Positions 7,857-10,709 of a stretch of DNA of 10,709 nt are shown one piece after another. The stretch spans positions 1 to 10,709 of the forward strand of contig JAHLWP010000072.1 in NCBI GenBank assembly GCA_019057865.1, read 5' to 3'. Below the pieces are notes generated by a model. It was not told the DNA's origin. It was given only the letters and a program-made list of their open reading frames with translations, and ran no database searches. This DNA is from Promethearchaeota archaeon (GTDB lineage: Archaea; Asgardarchaeota; Lokiarchaeia; Sigyniarchaeales; SOKP01). A program made the translations under genes and the position numbers. Within the stretch, counting starts at the first letter, position 1. Each line of letters starts with the position of its first letter.

Positions 7857-9398
7857 ATGAAAAATACCAAAATGAAAATAATTTCATTTTCTATAGTTAT
7901 AATCTTAGTAATTTGTATTTTTATGACTCCTGCAGTTTCTTTTCCTTTAAAAAAAGGTAAAAGTGAAATAGAAGACTGGACTTTAGTTCATGATGGAAGA
8001 GGTGTAAAATCTTATCCTGAATTAAGAGAGTATGTTTGGGAAACTGAGAGACCACCCTATGGTCCTTATGATCGAATAGGGTTGCATAGAGTAGTAAAAG
8101 AAGGCATTAGACCACAAGGAGTTGTGTTTATTCTACCAGGAACATGGAGTACTGGTGAACAACTATGTTCAAATCCCCCCGAGGATTGGTGGACCGCAGA
8201 CGAGGATCACTCTTTTGCATTATTTTTGGCAAATAGAAATTTCGATGTTTATGCAATAGATTATAGAACTCACTTTGTGCCAATTAATTTTACTCCAGCT
8301 CAAATTACATTTATGGCAGAATGGGGTTGGGATGCCTGGATAGGTGATATAAAGAAATCTGTAGAATTAGCGAAAGAAGTCTCTGGAGTCAAAAAACTAT
8401 TTATTGCTGGTGATAGTTTCGGAGGTAGTGCTGCGATGAATTATGCCTCATTATATTGGCAAGAAGATTTAAAAGGAATATTATTAAGAGACGGTGGAAC
8501 TGGAGCAAAATATCCAGGTCTTGTGGATAATGAATATAATTTGCCAGCAATGATAGCTTGGATGATGGCAACAGGTAATTGGTACTGGGAAGTTGGGACT
8601 GCACCGGGATCAATTTTCATACTGAAATTTGCTGATAGATATCCTGATGCTCCTGCAATCAACCCCTATACAGGAGATCCTCTCGAACCTGAAATTAATC
8701 CTAATACTGGAGAGCCATGGACAAATATTGCTGAATGGGCGGCATTTATGATATATATGGCATGGGGACCTGGTGTTGTTAGTAATATCTATGGTGGTTA
8801 TGGAGATCCTAGTGTAATGATTCACATTGATGCTACATTTGATAGATATTGGCCTATGAGATTAAGGTTTGAAAGTGAAGCTATAAGTGATTGGGACAAC
8901 TGTCCATATGTTACATATGATTTTGACGATCATTATCATGAAATAGACGTTCCGTTGCTTGCTTTTACAAGTCAATTATTTGGGCTCAACTATTGGGGTC
9001 CTTTTATCCATTGGATTGCAAATCCTGATTTTAAAGGACACTATTTATGGGGGTATGGCCATTTAGATGTTTATTCAGGTGAATATTCGAAAGATGATGT
9101 AAGTCAGCCAACATATGATTGGCTTATTAATCATATAATGTTAGAAGGATACGGTAGAATCAAATTTGAAAATAAGTGGTATAAAGGGAAAGCTACGATT
9201 TTTATCAATGGAACTTTGATAGACTTTAAAATTAATGATGAACGCTTTTCATGGGATATAGTTGATCACTATTCTTATAGGCAACTTGAAATTTTTAAAG
9301 GTCTGAGTGATTTTGGTTTAATGAAAATACTTATTACTAAAATGGGAGTTGCAATAGCGATTGGACGTAAAGTCCACTTTATTGGATGCAAAATGTAA
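7857..9398 (+). CDS. Secreted/membrane-anchored alpha/beta-fold serine hydrolase (lipase/esterase-like) with a C-terminal beta-rich extension
   Basis: The ORF track start, GTG 7848, overlaps an AGGTGA SD, so ATG 7857 is likelier. Basic plus hydrophobic N-terminus, oxyanion-like LPGTW, DVYAIDYR, nucleophile elbow GDSFG (8409-8423), GYGHLD as the likely catalytic His. Confidence 0.88.
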   Translation: MKNTKMKIISFSIVIILVICIFMTPAVSFPLKKGKSEIEDWTLVHDGRGVKSYPELREYVWETERPPYGPYDRIGLHRVVKEGIRPQGVVFILPGTWSTGEQLCSNPPEDWWTADEDHSFALFLANRNFDVYAIDYRTHFVPINFTPAQITFMAEWGWDAWIGDIKKSVELAKEVSGVKKLFIAGDSFGGSAAMNYASLYWQEDLKGILLRDGGTGAKYPGLVDNEYNLPAMIAWMMATGNWYWEVGTAPGSIFILKFADRYPDAPAINPYTGDPLEPEINPNTGEPWTNIAEWAAFMIYMAWGPGVVSNIYGGYGDPSVMIHIDATFDRYWPMRLRFESEAISDWDNCPYVTYDFDDHYHEIDVPLLAFTSQLFGLNYWGPFIHWIANPDFKGHYLWGYGHLDVYSGEYSKDDVSQPTYDWLINHIMLEGYGRIKFENKWYKGKATIFINGTLIDFKINDERFSWDIVDHYSYRQLEIFKGLSDFGLMKILITKMGVAIAIGRKVHFIGCKM

Positions 9399-9426
9399 GA
9401 AACTTAAAAAACAAATTCATAATCAA

Positions 9427-9446
9427 TTTTTTTTATTTTTTATTTT
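9427..9446 (+). terminator. Oligo-T tract downstream of the hydrolase
   Basis: T8-A-T6-A-T4 located ~30 bp after the stop codon. Confidence 0.45.
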
Positions 9447-9493
9447 GTTAATTTCTAATTTAGTCAAATATTCACCACATAACATATTTGCTT

Positions 9494-9580
9494 TTAAAAT
9501 CCTTCCGCATCTAACCGTTCATTACATAATTTATCGCATCGTTTTATATAAGGATTACTTCTGCCGACATGGAAAAACTC
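9494..9580 (-). pseudogene. rnhA: 3'-terminal rnhA fragment (codons 117-144 plus stop); not in ORF track
   Basis: Translates EFFHVGRSNPYIKRCDKLCNERLDAEGF*, versus intact EFFFVGRNNSYIERCDELCNERLDAEGFKK*. 9497-9580 vs 3120-3203 is 70/84 nt identical with no gaps. An in-frame TGA lies immediately upstream. Confidence 0.93.
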
Positions 9581-9581
9581 T

Positions 9582-9781
9582 CACCAGTTCATTTATTATC
9601 TTATTGTGATTAGGAGAGTGTGATTTCTTTTCTAGATCTCTAAAAAGAATGTCTTCTTCTTTGCCATGATGAGTTCTATCAGCGTACATTCTGATGAAAT
9701 CAACAACAATATCAATAAAAAGAGGATTTGCTTTATTGTATTTTTTTATTTTTTCAATTTCTTTTTTAATACTAGCATACG
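9582..9781 (-). pseudogene. Hemerythrin (HHE cation-binding) domain gene fragment; not in ORF track
   Basis: Minus-strand frame reads IKKEIEKIKKYNKANPLFIDIVVDFIRMYADRTHHGKEEDILFRDLEKKSHSPNHNKIINELV, containing the hemerythrin HHxxEExxLF motif. It lacks the N-terminal His helix and breaks off before the expected downstream His ligands. Family recognised from memory, not from a search. Confidence 0.8.
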
Positions 9782-9961
9782 ATTATTGCATACATTATCA
9801 TACCATTTCTTATCTTTACGAAGTTCCTTAATAATATTCATACACATAAATTCCTTGTAATCACTGTATTTCTCTGGTAATTCCATCTCCAATAATGGCA
9901 TTCTTTTTATAACCTTTCTTTTTGGTCTATCCTTTTCACATACGCTACATTTTACTTCCAT
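9746..9961 (-). CDS. Small basic Cys-rich hypothetical protein, 71 aa (CxxC...C...C), possibly Zn-binding
   Basis: AGGTGA SD ~5 nt upstream of ATG 9961; CSVC, C40 and C58. The 3' end overlaps the hemerythrin remnant. Confidence 0.6.
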   Translation of the reverse strand: MEVKCSVCEKDRPKRKVIKRMPLLEMELPEKYSDYKEFMCMNIIKELRKDKKWYDNVCNNRMLVLKKKLKK

Positions 9962-10419
9962 TTTTTCACCTTTTTTTAAAATATTCTAACGTCCATTCTG
10001 TATTAGGACACGCTTTTCTTAACACGAATTTCAAATTATTAATAAACATTTTACAGTAATTAAAAAAAAAGGTAAATACAAACATTTAAACTTTTTAGTT
10101 AAGAATTATTTTTAGATAAAATCTCTTATATTTATTTAGAAATATTCGAAAAAAAAAGTAGCCTAAGAAAGTATAATAAACATAATATAACACATAGGAA
10201 AAAAGCCCTATCTCCCTAAAATTTTAAACTCTTTCACTTTTTTCTCTTAAAATACCTCAATTTAACCCTATACACTAAAAATAACCAAGATATTTTCTAA
10301 CAGAATATTGAAGTGTATTATTCATAATACCAAGGTTTATTAAATTTAAAAATATATCTTACATGCTTGAACAGAGATATTTCAAAGTTTCAAGTATAAA
10401 ATTAAAATTTGGTGAAAGT

Positions 10420-10560
10420 ATGTCTAATAGAAATTATGGCAATAGAACGATGCACAAAGCCACATGTGCCGACTGTGGAAACGAGTGCGAAGTTCCATTT
10501 AAGCCTACGGAAGGCAGACCTGTTTATTGTCGAGAGTGTTATAAAAAGCATAGAAGATAA
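10420..10560 (+). CDS. CxxC-x17-CxxC domain small zinc-binding protein, 46 aa
   Basis: MSNRNYGNRTMHKATCADCGNECEVPFKPTEGRPVYCRECYKKHRR matches the well-known archaeal family motif MHxxxCxxCGxxCEVPFxPxxxRPVYCxxC. A GGTGA SD at 10411-10415 favours ATG 10420 over 10363. Confidence 0.9.
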   Translation: MSNRNYGNRTMHKATCADCGNECEVPFKPTEGRPVYCRECYKKHRR

Positions 10561-10576
10561 TTAATTCTATTTTTTC

Positions 10577-10603
10577 TAAGTTTTGGTTACAACCAAAAAC
10601 TTA
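10577..10603 (+). terminator. Inverted repeat TAAGTTTTGGTT-AC-AACCAAAAACTTA downstream of the CxxC-x17-CxxC gene; possible 3' stem-loop/terminator
   Basis: Perfect 8-bp arms TTTTGGTT/AACCAAAA (10581-10598), extendable with one bulge, flanked by T tracts. Confidence 0.45.
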
Positions 10604-10630
10604 TTTTCTAGCTTATCGAGTAATGATTTA

Positions 10631-10653
10631 TTTTTTTTTTTTTTTTTTTTTTT
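10631..10653 (+). repeat. T23 homopolymer
   Basis: 23 consecutive T; could be a terminator tract, or its length may be a sequencing/assembly artefact. Confidence 0.7.
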
Positions 10654-10709
10654 AAGGCCCTAGGTCTATAAAAATAAACCTACACAAAATAATTAAAGAA
10701 CCCGTTTCA

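Noticed and set aside
5891-8825. ORFs 5891-6112, 8401-8613, 8441-8662 and 8610-8825 (all -)
   Set aside because: Antisense shadows within the ABC subunit B and hydrolase genes.
7585-9580. A single second rnhA gene split by insertion of the hydrolase, or an intron/intein-like split gene
   Set aside because: The fragment order is reversed for that model, identities to rnhA differ (95% vs 83%), and codons 1-53 and 100-116 are missing.
9361-9860. ORFs 9361-9609 (+) and 9666-9860 (+)
   Set aside because: Low-complexity F/I-rich translations of T tracts, antisense to the rnhA and hemerythrin remnants and the 71-aa ORF.
9966-10049. 27-codon minus-strand ORF MFINNLKFVLRKACPNTEWTLEYFKKR* ending in the SD of the 71-aa ORF
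   Set aside because: Too short and has no recognisable motif; it could be a gene remnant but cannot be supported from sequence alone.

Overview
AT-rich archaeal-type window. (A)GGTGA ribosome-binding motifs, oligo-T terminators and the small Zn-finger genes suggest an Asgard/Lokiarchaeia-like host; this is inference and no search was run. Left to right: an unannotated 51-aa ribbon-helix-helix ORF; a type I membrane protein with eight 55-aa repeats, a TM helix and a cytoplasmic zinc ribbon; a small hypothetical protein; an FCS/TRASH-like Zn finger; an intact RNase HI (rnhA); a heterodimeric ABC exporter pair; a secreted alpha/beta hydrolase; a Cys-rich small ORF; and a CxxC-x17-CxxC protein. 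The most unusual structure is only partly visible in the ORF track. Two further rnhA-derived fragments lie in intergenic spacers: codons 57-99 at 7585-7712 (122/128 nt identical) and codons 117-144 at 9497-9580 (70/84 identical). Both have the same orientation as rnhA and each lies just downstream of a plus-strand gene unit. The second fragment is fused to a hidden hemerythrin fragment, which is linked to the Cys-rich ORF by an in-phase A_AAA_AAG -1 slippery site. The locus looks like an rnhA-anchored recombination or gene-capture hotspot. No rRNA, tRNA, CRISPR, transposase, integrase or reverse transcriptase is seen.
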